64,000 nucleotides of DNA from the human T2T-CHM13v2.0 reference genome, Homo sapiens. This document shows, piece after piece, positions 27,698 through 42,717 of this stretch. The notes under the pieces are model-generated. The model worked only from the letters and a program-made list of their open reading frames with translations. It did not search any database and was not told the DNA's origin. The translations under genes were made by a program, and so were the position numbers. Every line of letters begins with the position of its first letter. Position 1 is the stretch's first letter. The stretch lies in assembly GCF_009914755.1 (NCBI RefSeq), contig NC_060925.1, one strand, 5' to 3'.

Positions 27698-28111
27698 CTG
27701 GTGGCAGGGTGGAGGAGTCAGTGGCTGTGGCGAGCCAAGGTGAAAGCCCTTCCCGGGGAGAACGGCTAGCAATGGCTGCGCCCCAAGCCAGCTGGCAGGT
27801 CCTGCAAAGACCATCTGCCTGAACAAGATGAGAGACCCAGGCGGTCGGTCACAGGCCTCAAAGTGGCAACCACTGGGCACAGCCCTCCAGCCCTCCATTA
27901 GTCAGGAGGGGCGATGGTGCCAGGACGAGGGACGAGGGAGTGGGCGGGGGCTGGCTGGAGCAGCCCCGTCGATGTCCAGGCACGGGGTTCACTTGCAGCT
28001 CAGGGCAAGCCAGAAAGAATGTCGATATATCCAGAAGGCCGCTTCCAGCCCCTCACCCCAGCCCCGACCGACCAGGGTCAGAGCCCTCGTGGGCGCCTCC
28101 CCGTTCCATAC

Positions 28112-28425
28112 CTGCACCCCAATGGACGGCCGCCACTTCCGCTGCCGCGCCAGGCTCCGCAGCTCCTCCCTGCCAGGGATGGTCTTGATGATGAGTGTGG
28201 GGGGCTTGGGGCTGGCCCGGGGCGGCACCGGCGCCAACTCCAGTGTGCGCGCACCCATGGCGGGGCCGTCCAGCCCGTCGGCGGAGCTGCAGCGCCGGGC
28301 GGGGCCCTCGGCCGCCGTGAAGCTCTCGTGCGCGGAGTCGGTGCTGCTCTGGGCGGTGATGGAGATGCGGGGCGGGGCCTGGCTTCCCGGCGGGATGGGG
28401 GGCGGGGCCTTTCTGAAGTTGAAGG
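28112..28425 (-). CDS. DLGAP3: DLGAP3 exon 7 (SFNFRKAPPPIPP...WRPSIGVQ)
   Basis: cacag|CC ... CAG|gtatgg, 314 nt, phase 1/0. Confidence 0.96.
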
Positions 28426-28705
28426 CTGTGGCCGGCGAGCGCAGAGACGCAGTGGGTGAGGCTCGCGGCCCTGCCTGGGTCCTGGGCCCGCGCCCGACTC
28501 CCACCCTCAAGAGGCCCTACGGGACCCTGCAGCGGCGCGCACTCCACATGCTGCTGCACACACGCCAACGGACGCTCTCCCCGTCATCCGACCCCGGGAG
28601 CGAGCGATCTGCGCGGGTCACAGCACAGTCGAGGGGGAGGCCAGAACCCGGACCCAGGGCGCTCTCCTGCCTAGGGCCGGGCCAGGGGCAGGAAGGTGTA
28701 CTCAC

Positions 28706-28919
28706 AGGAGCCGGGCCTCCCTGAGACAGCGGCAGGGGTAGCGAGGAGGGGCAGGCAGTCGTCGTCTTGAGAGCAGCCGGCCTGGATGGCCCGGAGGTAG
28801 CTGTGGCTCCGCATGCGGAAACAGCCGGGCAGGTCCAGGGCGTCCACGGCCTGGGACTCCAGCTCCCCAAACACCGACCCGCACACGGCCTCCAGCTGCT
28901 GGTTCAACTCATCGCTGAG
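28706..28919 (-). CDS. DLGAP3: DLGAP3 exon 6 (LSDELNQQ...FRMRSHSYLRAIQ...RPGS)
   Basis: ccccag|CTC ... T|gtgagt, 214 nt, phase 0/1; GK-binding repeat RxRSxSYxxA. Confidence 0.97.
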
Positions 28920-29399
28920 CTGGGGGGCAGGGGGTCGGGAGGACAGTTATAAGGTGCCGGGAGGGGGTGGAAGTCCCTGGGGTGCTCTGCCTTAGGGGAA
29001 GACCTCTCTATATCTGCAGAGGCTGTAGGCGACTCTTCCGCATTTGAACTAAAAGAAACTCTAACTCTTTGCAAAGAAAGATGGGGGCATCTCTGCCCCA
29101 CTCTGCTCCCAAGGCTTGTCTTGGGGCCCAGTCTTTCCTCTAAATATCCCACCCCCACCCCCACCTCCACCCCACCTATGCCTCTTCCAGGTGTCTGGCT
29201 GGCTGCACTCCAGACTGCAGACCACCATGTTTTTCTCTCCACCTAGTCCCATCCCCTGACGTTTCTCTCACCTGACCCCAACAGAGAGGACCAGGGACCT
29301 GGCATGCACCCTCCTGCCCAGTATGGGGGTGGGGACTTCATGGAGGACATCTTTTATTATTTATAATCCATTACATTACAAAATTGATTGAAAGCTCTG

Positions 29400-29490
29400 T
29401 GTATATATATACACTACATACATGTACTATATATATACTACATATATACTATATATATACACTACATGTATATATGCTATATATATATAA
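29400..29490. repeat. Degenerate (TA)n/(TACAC) simple repeat
   Basis: Alternating TA runs with repeated tatatatacactacat units. Confidence 0.8.
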
Positions 29491-29517
29491 AATACCAACT
29501 GGCAGGATGGAAACTAA

Positions 29518-29888
<371 letters not shown>

Positions 29889-32800
29889 CTTGCCTTCCCC
29901 AACCTTCTATCCACTCACTCGGGTTCTGGCTTAACCTGTGGGTTCCTTCTCTACCCTCCCCCACTGAGGAAAGCTTAGCCATTGCTGGATGAGGTTCTGG
30001 TTTTGTTTTTCGTATTTTGGTGGTGCAGAATCCATGGTGTTAAAAAAAAAAAAAGTTAAAGTATGAAAAAAAGCAAAACAAAAATTTTGTTGGTGGAACT
30101 GTGCCGCACACCACCACATGAAGACTAAATATACCACAGAGGTTGCAGCTTCATTCACATTACAAGAGAGAACTGGTGCAAAGAAAAAGTAAAGGCAGGA
30201 AAAGGTGCTACCCGAGGTAAGTGCTACACCCAGAACACAGGTGACAAAGTCCTGAACATTGCTCAAGATGGGCACATGTTTAACCCTGAGCTTCCAAGCA
30301 GGCAAAGCATCAGGGAGTATAGCCTCAGAGTTGCCTGCATGGGCTATGCGTGAGACTTCTCCTAGATTCAAGTGCTGGCTCTACCACTTCCTAGCAGAAT
30401 GGCCTGGGAAAGTTAAAGTTTGGGGGCCTCAGTTTGCTCAGCTGTCAAATGGGAGTGATAATGGTACCATCTTCATAGGGCTATTGAGGGGACTGAAAGA
30501 AAAACATGTGAGCCTTTTGGTACAGGTACTGGCACATAGTAAGCCCTCGGCTAGCGGCATGCGAAGGTCTCAGGGCCTCCCTGGTAAACACAGGCCAGAT
30601 GCCCATGAGAACCACAACAATTCCTGTCCCTGAGACTAAGAGACAATCATCCCCTGTGGATGATTATGTAGAGTCCATTGGATGAAGTCATGGATAAGGT
30701 CCTCGACAGCATCCCATGGCAAACATAACAGCAAGTATCACATGGCTGCATCTTGTGACATCTCCCAGGAAAGATTCACGGCATTATATTTACGTGCAGT
30801 CAACAGAGGCTCAAAGGAGTGGCCTGATCCATGTGTAAACTGCAGCTCAGTGTTTCCATAATTCAGCCTCCAAAGCATAACATGATTTCACTGGATTCTA
30901 CTTCAAATAGAGCCATTTCTATTCCAATCTACTAATGGGCAAACAAGACCCAGAGAGGGCAGGTGAATTGTCTGAGGATGCCCAGCTGGTAGGTGATAAA
31001 ACTGAAATTAAATGTCATGCTTCCTGGCTCCCATGTAAGGCTGACTGAGCAACAGATTCTCTTGGGGAGCTTGTTAAACCTACATTAACTCAGGCCCCAC
31101 CCCAAGGATCTGAACCCAAGGTTAACAAAACACCTCTCTTGCTTTGGCTGCTTAGAAGCTCAGAGCCAAATTTGCTGGAGATTTAGATTCGTTGGTTCCA
31201 ATGTGGGCCTACTAATTGAAAAGAAGGATTGTCTGAACTTTTTGAAGCTTTTTCTAAAGGAGCTTCATTACAAGTGTATGGAAATCCCAGGCCATGGAAA
31301 ATCAATCCGAGACCCCGCAGAAGTTAAGTTCTCTCATATTTGACTGACACAAGCCACACTTGTGTGACAGTTGTGGCTTTCACCATGATGCTCTGTCATC
31401 TACCTCTCAGTCTTTCTGTCTCTGTATTTCTGGGGCACCAAAGACAACAGTTGCCAGCGTATTTCCTAAAACACAGGAACTGAACTAACTCCTGCTATTT
31501 CTGGGCTAGGCTCAAGACACTCCCCAATTAGAACAAATGCAGCCCAGAGTGTCCCTCTTGGAGCACAGGGGAGCTAATCTAACCCTAGCAGAAAGCACAC
31601 TGGTCTCGAGTCCAGACACCAGGGATGAAAGGAATCTCACTCTGTTGTATATTTCTGTATCTCTAGCCCTCTTCTGTGTATAAAGCACTAGGCATAATAT
31701 CTGGCACACAGTAGATGCTCAATAAACTATAGCTACTATTATTAGCAACAAGAGGCTCTTAAATCGCAGTGACAATACCACTCAGAATGAGAAGTGCCTC
31801 TTTCCCTGGGGTTCTGCAGCTCTTGAAATCCCACCCACAGGCAATACTCACAACCAATTCTATCCAAGGCAGACAAAAGAAGGTGAACAACTCCCTGGGG
31901 TCATACACCCGCCAGCTCAGCTGGCCAAGAGGAGCTTCTGGGGTTCCAACAGGAGACCAGGACACAAGGGAAACACGGACTCAGAGACTCTCAGAGAAAT
32001 ATTACACCCATGTTGATCTTTACTATCCTACAGTTATAAAACTGTAACATTGTACTGTGAATGCTCCTATTATCCCTGCACTGACTTCCACCCTGCTTCC
32101 CCCAACATCCACTTACAGGAGACTCAAAGTCAAAGAATCCTCTTGGGATGAGATCCTTAGCCTTTCTCCAAACCAGACTGGAATCAGTAGCCATTTCCAA
32201 GCTCATGAAATATTTAAAGTAAAAATGCTTTGTGTCTAATTGGAAATTGTCCAGACTAGAGTTGGTGGGTCCAACAGGGGGCCAGGCAACATCGTGTATA
32301 CTTTACTTGTGTTATTTAGTTTAGATAACCTTTAGAAAACTCTCCCATTTCAAAACATTGGATAAAATATAACAAATGTTGCTTTATATGCATAGCTGAG
32401 CTCACAAGAAAGCGAGATAAGTCCCCAGGGGACAAAAGCAAAGAGGAGACTGGAAAATCAGAATATTAACTGTGTGAGCCAATGCTGCAAACAGCCCAGT
32501 GGAGGCGGGAGGTGGGGGCAGGGGCTGTTGGTCTCAGCGTTTTGGTAAAGGCTTAGGTTTTAACACCCACTTGGGCATAGGAGGAAGGCTTTGGGCCCAC
32601 ATGAAGCGTGGAATTGGAAAGGAGAACCTGCATAAAGTTAGGAAAAGTGAAACCTTTGATGAAAATGTAGACTAGAATAAAAAAATTAGTCATCACCACA
32701 GGCTGATGACAAGGAAGCTGGTCTGAAGTACAGGGATGGCGGGAAGGGAAAAGAGGCAAATCCCCTAAGAATCTGTACCTACAAGCTGGTCCTCACACAG

Positions 32801-32985
32801 CCACGGTACAGTGTATCTGCATGAACCTTCATGGGCCACACCCCTAAAATTAAAAATTAGCAAAAAATAGTTCCAAACCAGGCATATTCCAACAGAAGCA
32901 ACTGCAAAATATTTCCTGGGGAACTCACTCCTAACCCAAGCTGCTCATGCTTCTCACAGATAAATTTCCATTGAAGGTGAGTGTA

Positions 32986-33540
32986 TTATGTGGGAGACAG
33001 CCTCTGAAATAGCTCCTAATGATCTCCATCTCCTGGAACTCACACCCTTGTGTAATCCCTTTCTCATGAGTGTGGACCAGACTTATTGGCCCACTTCTAA
33101 TGAATAGAATATGGCAGATACAATGGGATATCACTTCTGAGATTAGGTTACAAACAGACTGTGGCTTCCATCTTAGACACCTTTTCTTATTCTCTTTCTC
33201 TCAAAGCCTTTGCTCTGGGGGAGGCAAGCTGCTATGCTGTGAGTAGCCCTGTAGTGAGTCTCACATAGAAGAAATTGATGTCCCTGGTTAGTAGCCAGCA
33301 AGGATCTGTAGCCTGCCAACAGCCATGTGAGTGAGCATGGAAGCAGATCTTCACCCAGTGAAGCCTTGAGATGCTGCAGCCTTGGCCAACACCTTGATTG
33401 CAACTTTGTGAGACACTTGACCCAGTCGCACCCAGCCAGGCTGCACTCAGATTCCTGATCCACAGAAACTGTGAGATAATAAATATTTGTTGTTTAAAGA
33501 TACTACATTTGGGGATAACTTACATAGCAATAGAAAATAC
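32986..33540 (+). mobile_element. MaLR LTR (MLT1E/F-like)
   Basis: cacacccttgtgtaatccc...cagattcctgatccacagaaactgtgagataataaat...atagcaatag. Confidence 0.7.
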
Positions 33541-35114
33541 AAATTGTGACATAAACAAAAACTAACTTTTATTGAGTTAAGCCATTGAGAATTCAAGATT
33601 TCTCTGTTAAAGCAGCCAGTGCTACCTTAGCTAAAATAAAATAACTTTTAAATGATGTTTAAAAGTTCCAAGCTTAAAAGATAAAACTGAGAACAGAAGA
33701 AAATACGACTCTAAAGCAGGACAAACTGTCAAAACCCACCATTTTATCACTCTGCAAATCAATCAAAGACATACAACAAAGAAACATGTATTCATAAAAA
33801 TTACTGGACTTTGGGTAAGAATAGCACGACTCTATAGTATTCTTGCCTGAGGCTGCTCTCGTTCACCAGGCTCCCAATGCTATCAGTTGCAATACTTCAA
33901 CAAACGTGGTGCCGCCTGTGAAAAATCAGCTGCTTCACTGCCTCTGCCAGAGGGCTCCACTTAATTTGGGGCATTGTCAGTTATAATATCAAGAACAGGA
34001 AAGGCCAGAAGCACTGTTAGGCTGGGTTTCAGCAATGTTTGGGCCAAACAATGGACTGGCAAACTAACCAGGAATTTATCAGAAAATTCCAGGGAGTGAG
34101 ACAGACCAAGGGAGTTTGATAAGCTCTCCACATATCTTGGGTTAACTCGAAGCTGGGTGAATGCACAGCAGAGACCAGAGAAGCCTGAGCCACCCACACA
34201 TCCCTAGCCAATGGAGCTTATATATGTGTGCAGGGGAAATAAAAGAGTCTGGTGAAGAGTAAAAGCCAGGGTAGGTTTGAAAACAACCTGAACTTTGCCC
34301 TCCCCAGCTCACACATAGAACTATAGGCAGACACAAAGTCTAACTAGCTTGAGGTTCTTGAGCACAACCTCCGAAAAATCTCTGGCTGAACACTAAGCTA
34401 TGCAGATATGGGGGAAACCCCTAAGAAACAAGGCTTAAAATAAAAATAAGAAGGAAATAAAACTGAATGGAAACATCAGAGGCCACATGTTGTAGGGAAG
34501 ACAGATTTCACAGATTTCATTCAGGGATTAACAAACAAAGCAATAACAATCTTCAAGAGGAAAACATAATCTAGAATTACTACAATATATTATCTAAAAT
34601 GTTCAGTATTTAACAAAAAATTATGAAACATGCAAATAAACAAGAAGGTATGCATATCCCCAAATGTTGCTTTTATCAGACAAAGACTACAAGGCAGCTA
34701 TTATAAATATATCAAAGAATTAAAGGAAACCATGCTTAAAGATTTAAAGGAAAGCATGACAACAATGACTTCATGAATACAAATCACAACAAAGAGAGAG
34801 AGATTAAATAAAGGAACAAATGGAAATTCTGGAGCTGAAGAGTAGGGTAACTGAAATTAAAAATTCAGTAGAGGAGCTCACCATAATAAATGATCAGTAA
34901 ACATGAAGATGGATCTGTATAAATTATCCAATATGAATAATGGAGAGAAAAAATATTAAACAGAAATGAACACAGCCTCAGAGGCCTATGGGACAACATC
35001 AAGCATAGCACCATGCATGTGATGGGAGTTCCAGAAGGAGGAGGGGAAAAAAAGAGGAAAAGGAAGAGATAGGGCAGAAAAAAATATTTGGAGAGACAAT
35101 AGCCAAAAACTTTC

Positions 35115-35313
35115 CTTTTGTTTTTGTTCTCGTTTTTTGTTTTTGTTTTTTTTAGAGATGAGGTCTCACTATGTTGCCCAGGCTTCAGTGCAGTGGCTAT
35201 TCACAGGCACAATCATAACATAGTGCACTACAGGTCAAACTCTTGGGCTAAAGCAATCCTACTGCCTCCACTTCCCAAGTGGCTAGGGCTACAGGTGCCC
35301 ACTACTGTGCCTA
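35115..35313 (-). mobile_element. FAM (fossil Alu monomer)
   Basis: Monomer with the 7SL-like segment cagtggctattcacaggc. Confidence 0.7.
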
Positions 35314-35524
35314 CCTACCAAATTTAATTAAAAAACAAAAAACATTAGAGATCAAAGAAGCTCAATGAACCTAAAGTAGGTTAAACACTAAGAGATCTAT
35401 ATTCACACAAATTACAGTCAAAATGTTGAAAGCTGAAAACAGAAAATCTTAATAGCAGCACAAGAAAAACAATTCATCACATAGAGGGAAACAACTCACT
35501 TTTCATCAAAAACAATGAACACAC

Positions 35525-35832
<308 letters not shown>

Positions 35833-36537
35833 CAATGAACACCAGAAGGCAGTGGAGTGGTATATTCTAAGTGCTGAAAGAAAAATAACTGTCAGCCAGG
35901 AATTTTATATCCAGCAAAACTATTCTTCCAAGATGAAGTAAAAATAAAAACATTTCCAGATAAATGTAGACTGAATAATTTATTGCCAGGAGACTTATAT
36001 TATGAGAAGCACTAATGGAAGTCCTTCAGGCTAAAGGGAAAATAAAGTAATAGCCAATGGTAACTCAAATACAGAAGAAGAAATAAAGAGCACCAGAAAT
36101 GGTAAATATGTGAGTAAATACAAGAGCCTCTATAAATATATTTTCCTCACTTCCTCTCTTAACTTCTTTAAAAGATGTAAGATTACACAAAGCACTTATT
36201 ATAATACCAATGTTGGTTTATAACAAGTGTTAGGTTTAAAACATATATAGGTAATATATGACAGTAATAGCAAAAAGGGGGAAAATGAGTTATATTAGAG
36301 CAATGCTCCTATATTTTACCATAATTATATTTTGATAAGCTAAGATATACATTGTAATTCCTAGTGCAATCACTAAGAAAGTAACTCAAATTGTATAGTA
36401 AAAAATTAACAAATAAATATAAATGGTACACTAAAATATTTATTGATTTAATACAAAAGAAGACAGTAAAGAAGGAACAGAGGATCAAAAAATAATATGA
36501 CAGTCCAACCACATCAATAACCACATTAAGATGTGAA

Positions 36538-36850
36538 GGTCTGGCATGGTGGCTCATGCCTGTAATCCCAGAACTTTGGGAGGCCAAGGTGGGTGGATCA
36601 CTTGAGCTCAGAAGTTTTGAGACCAGCCTGGGCAACATAGTGAAGCCCCATCTCTACAAGAAATACAAAAATTAGCCAGGCATGGTGGTATGTGTCTCTA
36701 GTTCCAGCTACTTGGGGAACTGAGGTGGGAGGATTGATTGAGCCTGGGAGGTCAAGGCTGCAGTGAGCCATGTTCACACCACTACCTTGTAGCTTAATGA
36801 CAGAGCAAGACCCTTCCTCAAAAACAAATTAAATAAATAAAATAAAACAT
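36538..36850 (+). mobile_element. Alu (AluJ-like)
   Basis: cacttgagctcag, gagcctgggaggtcaaggctgcag. Confidence 0.88.
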
Positions 36851-37721
36851 GAATGGACAAAAACACTCATTCAAAAGGCATAGTGATAAGATAAAGCAAA
36901 AAAAAAAAAAAAAAAACCATTAGATGCTGTCTACAGGAGACATACCTTAAATCTGAAACACAAACAGTTGAAAGTAAAAGAATGGGGAAAAGATATACTA
37001 TGCAAACTATACCATGAGAGAATTTTCCAGAATTGATGAAAAACATGAATCCACAGACCTATGGAGCACACACATGAATATATCATAGCAAAACTGCAGA
37101 ACAATAAAATCAAAGCAAGATCTCAACAGCAACCTGAGAGAAATTAAAACTACCTACAAAGACAATCAGGATGATAGCAGACTCCTTAACGGCAACAACA
37201 GACAGATGACAAAAGAATATCTTCAAAACACTTAGAGAAAATAAATGTTAAGCTAGAATTCCCACAATAAGCTAAACTGTATCAAACAGTATGGGTAAAA
37301 TATATTTTTTGTTAAAGTCCAAGTTTGCTACTAACAGATATTCACTGAAAAAATTACTAAAGAATATACTTTAGGAGGAAACAATGAGATGTAAGGAGGT
37401 AAAGTGAGGAGTAAAAAAGGTAGAGATGTGAGTACATACAATCAAGAGCTAATAATATAAAAAGTAACAATAATAATAGAGACTAATTTGACAGGTTAAA
37501 AGGTAGAACTAAAATACTGGGCAATAAGTCCACATAAGAAGGGAAGAAGTCAAGGAAATTAAAGTGTCCTAAGATCACTTAAGTATTTGAGGTGATGGGT
37601 ATGTCAATTCACTTGATTTCATTATTCCATATTGTATTCATAAGTCATAACATTACTTTATACCCCATAAATATATACACCCACAATTTGTCAATTTATA
37701 ATAAAAATTAAAAGTAAAATA

Positions 37722-38047
37722 GGCCAGGAGCATTGGCTCATGCCTGTAATCCCAGAACTTTGGGAGGCCAAGGCAGGCGGATGACGAGGTCAGGAGATCG
37801 AGACGATCCTGGCTAACACGGTGAAACCCCGTCTGTACTAAAAATACAAAAAAATTAGCCAGGCGTGGTGGCGGGCGCCTGTAGTCTCAGCTACTCCGGA
37901 GACTGAGGCAGAAGAATGGCGTGAACCCAGGAAGCGGAGCTTGCAGTGAGCCGAGATCATGCCACTGCACTCCTACCTGGGCGACAGAGCGAGACTGTCT
38001 CAAAAAAAAAAAAAAATTAAAATAATAATAATAATAAGTAAAATAAA
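37722..38047 (+). mobile_element. AluY, following an L1MA-like 3' end
   Basis: Y diagnostics; (AAT)n tail. Confidence 0.88.
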
Positions 38048-38545
38048 TGCTGAAAGAAATCAAAGAAGAACTGAATAAATGGAAATACATCCAATATTCA
38101 AGGATAATAATACTTAATATTGTTAAGAATACAATACTCCATAAATTAATCTACACATTCAGAGCAATCCCTTCAAATTCCCAACTATATTTTTTATAGA
38201 AATCAACAAGCCTACCCAAAATCCATGTGTATATGCAAAGGAAACACAAAACACAAAGCAGTCTTTAAAAGGAGTAACAAAATTGTATAATTTCAGCTTA
38301 CCAAAATCAATCCTTACCACACAGTTACAGCAATCAAAGCATGTGGTAATAGCATAAAGATAGGTTCAAGCAGACCAATGGAATAAATTTTAAGGTTCAT
38401 TAATAAACACATGCATTTATGGTAAATTGGTTTTGAAAAAGGGGCCAAGAAATTTCAATGAGGACATAAAAGCCTTTTCAACAAATGATGCTGGGAAAAT
38501 TGGATATCCGCATTCAAAAACATAAAGCTGGACCCCTAACTTGAA

Positions 38546-38546
<1 letters not shown>

Positions 38547-38596
<50 letters not shown>
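38547..38596. repeat. (CA)n microsatellite
   Basis: About 20+ CA units. Confidence 0.95.
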
Positions 38597-38599
<3 letters not shown>

Positions 38600-38939
38600 C
38601 TCAAAGTGGGTCATACATCTAAATATAAATGTTAAACTACAAAATTCTTAGGAGAAATATTAGAGTAAATTTTTGTGATCTTGCATTAGACAAAGATTTC
38701 TTAAATTTTACACCAAAGCACAATCAAGAAGAGAAAAATTGATGAATTATGCATCATCAAGTTTAAAATGTTTTGTTCTCCAAACAACAACATAAAAAAT
38801 ATAAAAATACAAATTACTGAATAGTGGAAACCACTCCAGCTGACACCTTGGTCAGATTTCTAGCCTCCAGAATTGTGAGAAAATAAATTTTTGTTGCCAA
38901 AAAAAAGAAGAACAAGAAGGGAAGAGGTCATCAAAATCA

Positions 38940-39335
<396 letters not shown>

Positions 39336-39879
39336 TTAAGTCAAATATGCATATGAAAATTATAAGGGTAACCACAAAGAATAAAATACAATATATAACT
39401 ATTAAACCAGTGTGGGATTTGGTGGGGAGAAGAATAAAGAAAACTCAAACCAAAAGGAGGCAGCAAAGGAGCAGGAAAGCACCAGTCCAAAGGCAAGATA
39501 AATAGAAGGCACAAAATAAGATGACAGAAATAAACCCAAGGGTTAGGGCTAGGGTCATCACACTACCCTAGGTTTAGGCCAAGGGGTAATCACAGATAAT
39601 CTGTAATCACAATAAATATAAATGTACTAAACTCTCAAGCAATTATCAGAATGGATATAGGTAAAATGTAGCTATAACTATTTTCAAAAAATATACCTGA
39701 GACATAGACAAAAAGCTTTAAAGTAAAAGATGGAAAAAGGTGTTTTAGGCAAATACTAAACGAAAAAAAAATAGACTGAAGAGGAAAAAAGTATTATGAG
39801 ACATAATAGGGTGACATCTCTAGTGCTTTAAACTTATTTCATCTTCTATAAAGCAAGAATAAGAAGCCATACCTCCAGG

Positions 39880-41060
39880 CTAAATATGTCAAGTATATGT
39901 GATGTTAGATAATGCAAAGTGCTAAGAAGAAGGAGAAAGAGCAGGAGGAAGAAGACAGAGAAGACCTCAACAATGACAGTACAGGGAAGGGGAATAGGAA
40001 ATGTTGGAAAGGGAGAGTTAAATTAAAATTTTAGGGCATTTGGGAAAAGACCTGAAAGAAGTTAGGAAGTGATCCATGGGAGTGGCTGGGAAGGGGACAT
40101 CCAGGCAAAGGTAGTGGCAAATGCAAGGGCCCTAGGGAGTCTAGTGTGGCTGGAGTGGGAGGGAGGGGAACAGCCTTAGGAGAGGAACTCAGAGGCAGCT
40201 CCACTCCAGCGAGGTCACCAGGTCATGCAGGCCTCGAAAGCCATGGTTAGGTTCTTGATGTTTACTCTGAGCAACGTGAGGGTTTTGAACAGAAGAGCGA
40301 GTGTGATTATAGTTTTTAAAGATCATGTGGGCTGTAATGAGAGAGGATGAAGTGGAGCAAGAGCAAATACAGGAGACCAACTACAAGGCAGTGCCATCGT
40401 CCAGACAAAAGGACATGGTGCCTGGAAGAACCGGTGGCAGTGGAGATGGTGAGGAGTGGTTGGATCCTGGATATATTTTAAAGGTGGGACCAGCAGGATC
40501 AGCTGAAGGATTGGAGGTGAGTTGTGAGAGAGAGAAAGTGGTCAAGACTGACTTCAGGCTTTTAAACCAGAGCTTCTAGAAGGATAAAGTTGCCATTATC
40601 TGAAATGGAGAATTCAGAGGATAGAGCAGCAACTGCGGCAGCCAGGGGCGGGAGGGGATTGTGGAGGGTGTGTGTATCAGCAGTTTAGTTTTGGACATCT
40701 TAAGTTTGAGATGTCTACTAAACATCCGAATGAGATTTCAATACACAGTTAGACATATATGCCTGGCATTTACAAGAGAGTTTGGGCTGGAGATATACAT
40801 TTGGTAGTCATCAGGCTCTCAGCCATGAGCCCAGACAAGATCACCTAAGGAGTAGGTATAGAGAGAAGTCCAGGGACTGAGCCCTAGAAAACTCCAGTGT
40901 TTAGATCCTGGGGAGTTATAGAGGCACCCAAGACACAGACTGAGGATAAGCAGCCAGGGAGGGAATCTAGGAGAATGTAGAGGGTGTGGTGTCCTCCAAG
41001 CCAACCAAGTAAAGTCTTTCAGGAAGGAAGGAGTCTTCAACTGTGTTACATGTGGCTGAT
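39880..41060. mobile_element. L2 element fragment
   Basis: Purine-rich L2-type motifs (ggcagtggagatggtgaggagtgg..ggatatattttaaagg, ttttggacat.ttaagtttgagatg); similar L2 pieces at ~43340-44060, ~52980-53620 and ~63240-64000. Confidence 0.65.
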
Positions 41061-41736
41061 GGGTGAGGTAAAATGAGGGCTAAGCATTAACTCGTGGGTT
41101 TAACAACATAGGCTGGTCTGATGTAAAAAGAGAGCTGTGCCAATCAGATTTCCTGGTTCAGGCAATGGAACAAAGGAATACTGAGAGACTGCAGCAGTGA
41201 ACAATGAGAGCCAACGTGGACAGTCTTTTGCATTGCATTTTTTCCCCAGCATACAGTAAAAATAGCTAACCTTTATTGAGTGCTGGCTATGTGCCAAGAA
41301 CACTATTATGATGCCTATTTTTAAAAAGGGAAAGTGGGGCTCAAAAAAAGTCAAGTAACTTGCCCCAGGTCAGTCAGCTGGTAAGTAGCCAAGCTGGAAT
41401 TCAACCCCATCTCATGTGTTTAATCACTAAATGCTGCTGCTTCCGTCTAATTAAGGGGAAAGTCTACACTTAGATATGGAACTCACATTTATAAAATGCC
41501 ATTTTTGGGCCAAGTACCTTGTGTTTGCATACATTTTCTCACTGAACTCTCAAAAACCCCTGCAAAATAACTGTCCCTAACCATTGCCATTTTAAAGATG
41601 AGAAATGGAGGTGTTGAAAAGTAAGGTCTCTTGCTGGTGGTTCCTCAGGACAGAGGGGTAAGGTGGCAGAATTCAGGCCCAGATCATGTCTGAGGCTGCA
41701 GCTTGGCCTGCGCCCTGTCTGTACAAATCAATTCTA

Positions 41737-42017
41737 CTTTTTTTTTTTTTTTTTTTTAAGACAGAGCCTCACTGTGTCGCCCAGGCTGGAATGCAGTGGC
41801 ACCATCTCGGCTCATTCTCGCCATTCTCCTGCCTCAGCCTCCCGAGTAGCTGGGACTACAGGCACCCGCCACCATGCCTGGCTAATTTTTTATATTTTTA
41901 GTAGAGACGGGGTTTCACCGTGTTAGCCAGGCTGGTCTTGGTCTCCTGACCTCGTGATCCGACCACCTCGGCCTCCCAAAGTGCTGGGATCACAGGCGAG
42001 AGCCACTGCACCCGGCC
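41737..42017 (-). mobile_element. AluY-like with a short internal deletion
   Basis: Reverse Alu; TSD aat(t/c)ctac(t/c)ttt. Confidence 0.88.
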
Positions 42018-42318
42018 AATCCTACCTTTTACATGGGGGCAAGGAGGGAGCAATCAGGCCTGTGAAGAGCCCCAGGGCACTGGCGTTGCCCTTACAAGCT
42101 CATCACTTTGAGGACACTTGGTGGGTTTTAAGGCTGTGATTCTCTGAGACTCCCAGCCTGAGTCAGCTCCAGGAGTCCTAAGGCAGGTTTCCCAGTTTCC
42201 CCAGAGCCAGGCCTGAGCTCTCTCCACAGGCAGACCCTCTGATTTTAAGTCCTAAGCTGAGCATGGGACTGAATCCCTTTTTCACTCTTTCCTCCAGGCA
42301 TACTGGGCCTCTCCCTAC

Positions 42319-42391
42319 CTGTCCAGTGGTGAGGGAACGGCTGTAGCCAGGGATGGAGCTCCGGGGGTGGATCCGGGGTGGGACACAGCAG
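42319..42391 (-). CDS. DLGAP3: DLGAP3 exon 5 (NCCVPPRIHPRSSIPGYSRSLTTGQ)
   Basis: ttccag|C ... CAG|gtaggg, 73 nt, phase 2/0. Confidence 0.95.
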
Positions 42392-42717
42392 CTGGAAAAG
42401 GGCAAAATTCCGGAGTCAGAACAGTGGACTGCTAGGAGGTGGGGGAGGGGAGATAATAGCACTGGGGCCCCTGAGTAAGTCCTATTCCTCAGAACCCCCA
42501 AAGAGAGATCCCTTAGGAGACCCTGGGTAAAGAGACTCCCAAAGAGGCACCAGAGAAGGACTCCCACCAAGACCCTCCCTTTACATGGAGTGGAGTGAGA
42601 CACCCCAGTTGAAACCTAAGCAGGACTACCTGACTGGCACCCACTCTACACACATCTCCCGCAGGAGTCCAGCATCAGCCTCCTGACCCCGCACCCCCCG
42701 GCCCTCCCTGTCCTTAC

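Larger units (their letters stand above)
27900..28950. promoter_or_regulatory. Intragenic CpG island over exons 6-7
   Basis: CpG-dense including the 280-bp intron 28426-28705; GC box GGGGCGGGGC present. Confidence 0.75.

Noticed and set aside
27828-28724. 298-aa plus-strand ORF over exons 6-7
   Set aside because: Antisense of real exons within a CpG island; stop depletion is expected from composition
30020-30225. Plus-strand donor-like GAG|GTAAGT (~30217) suggesting an antisense exon
   Set aside because: No convincing paired acceptor or promoter; isolated consensus donors occur by chance in 64 kb
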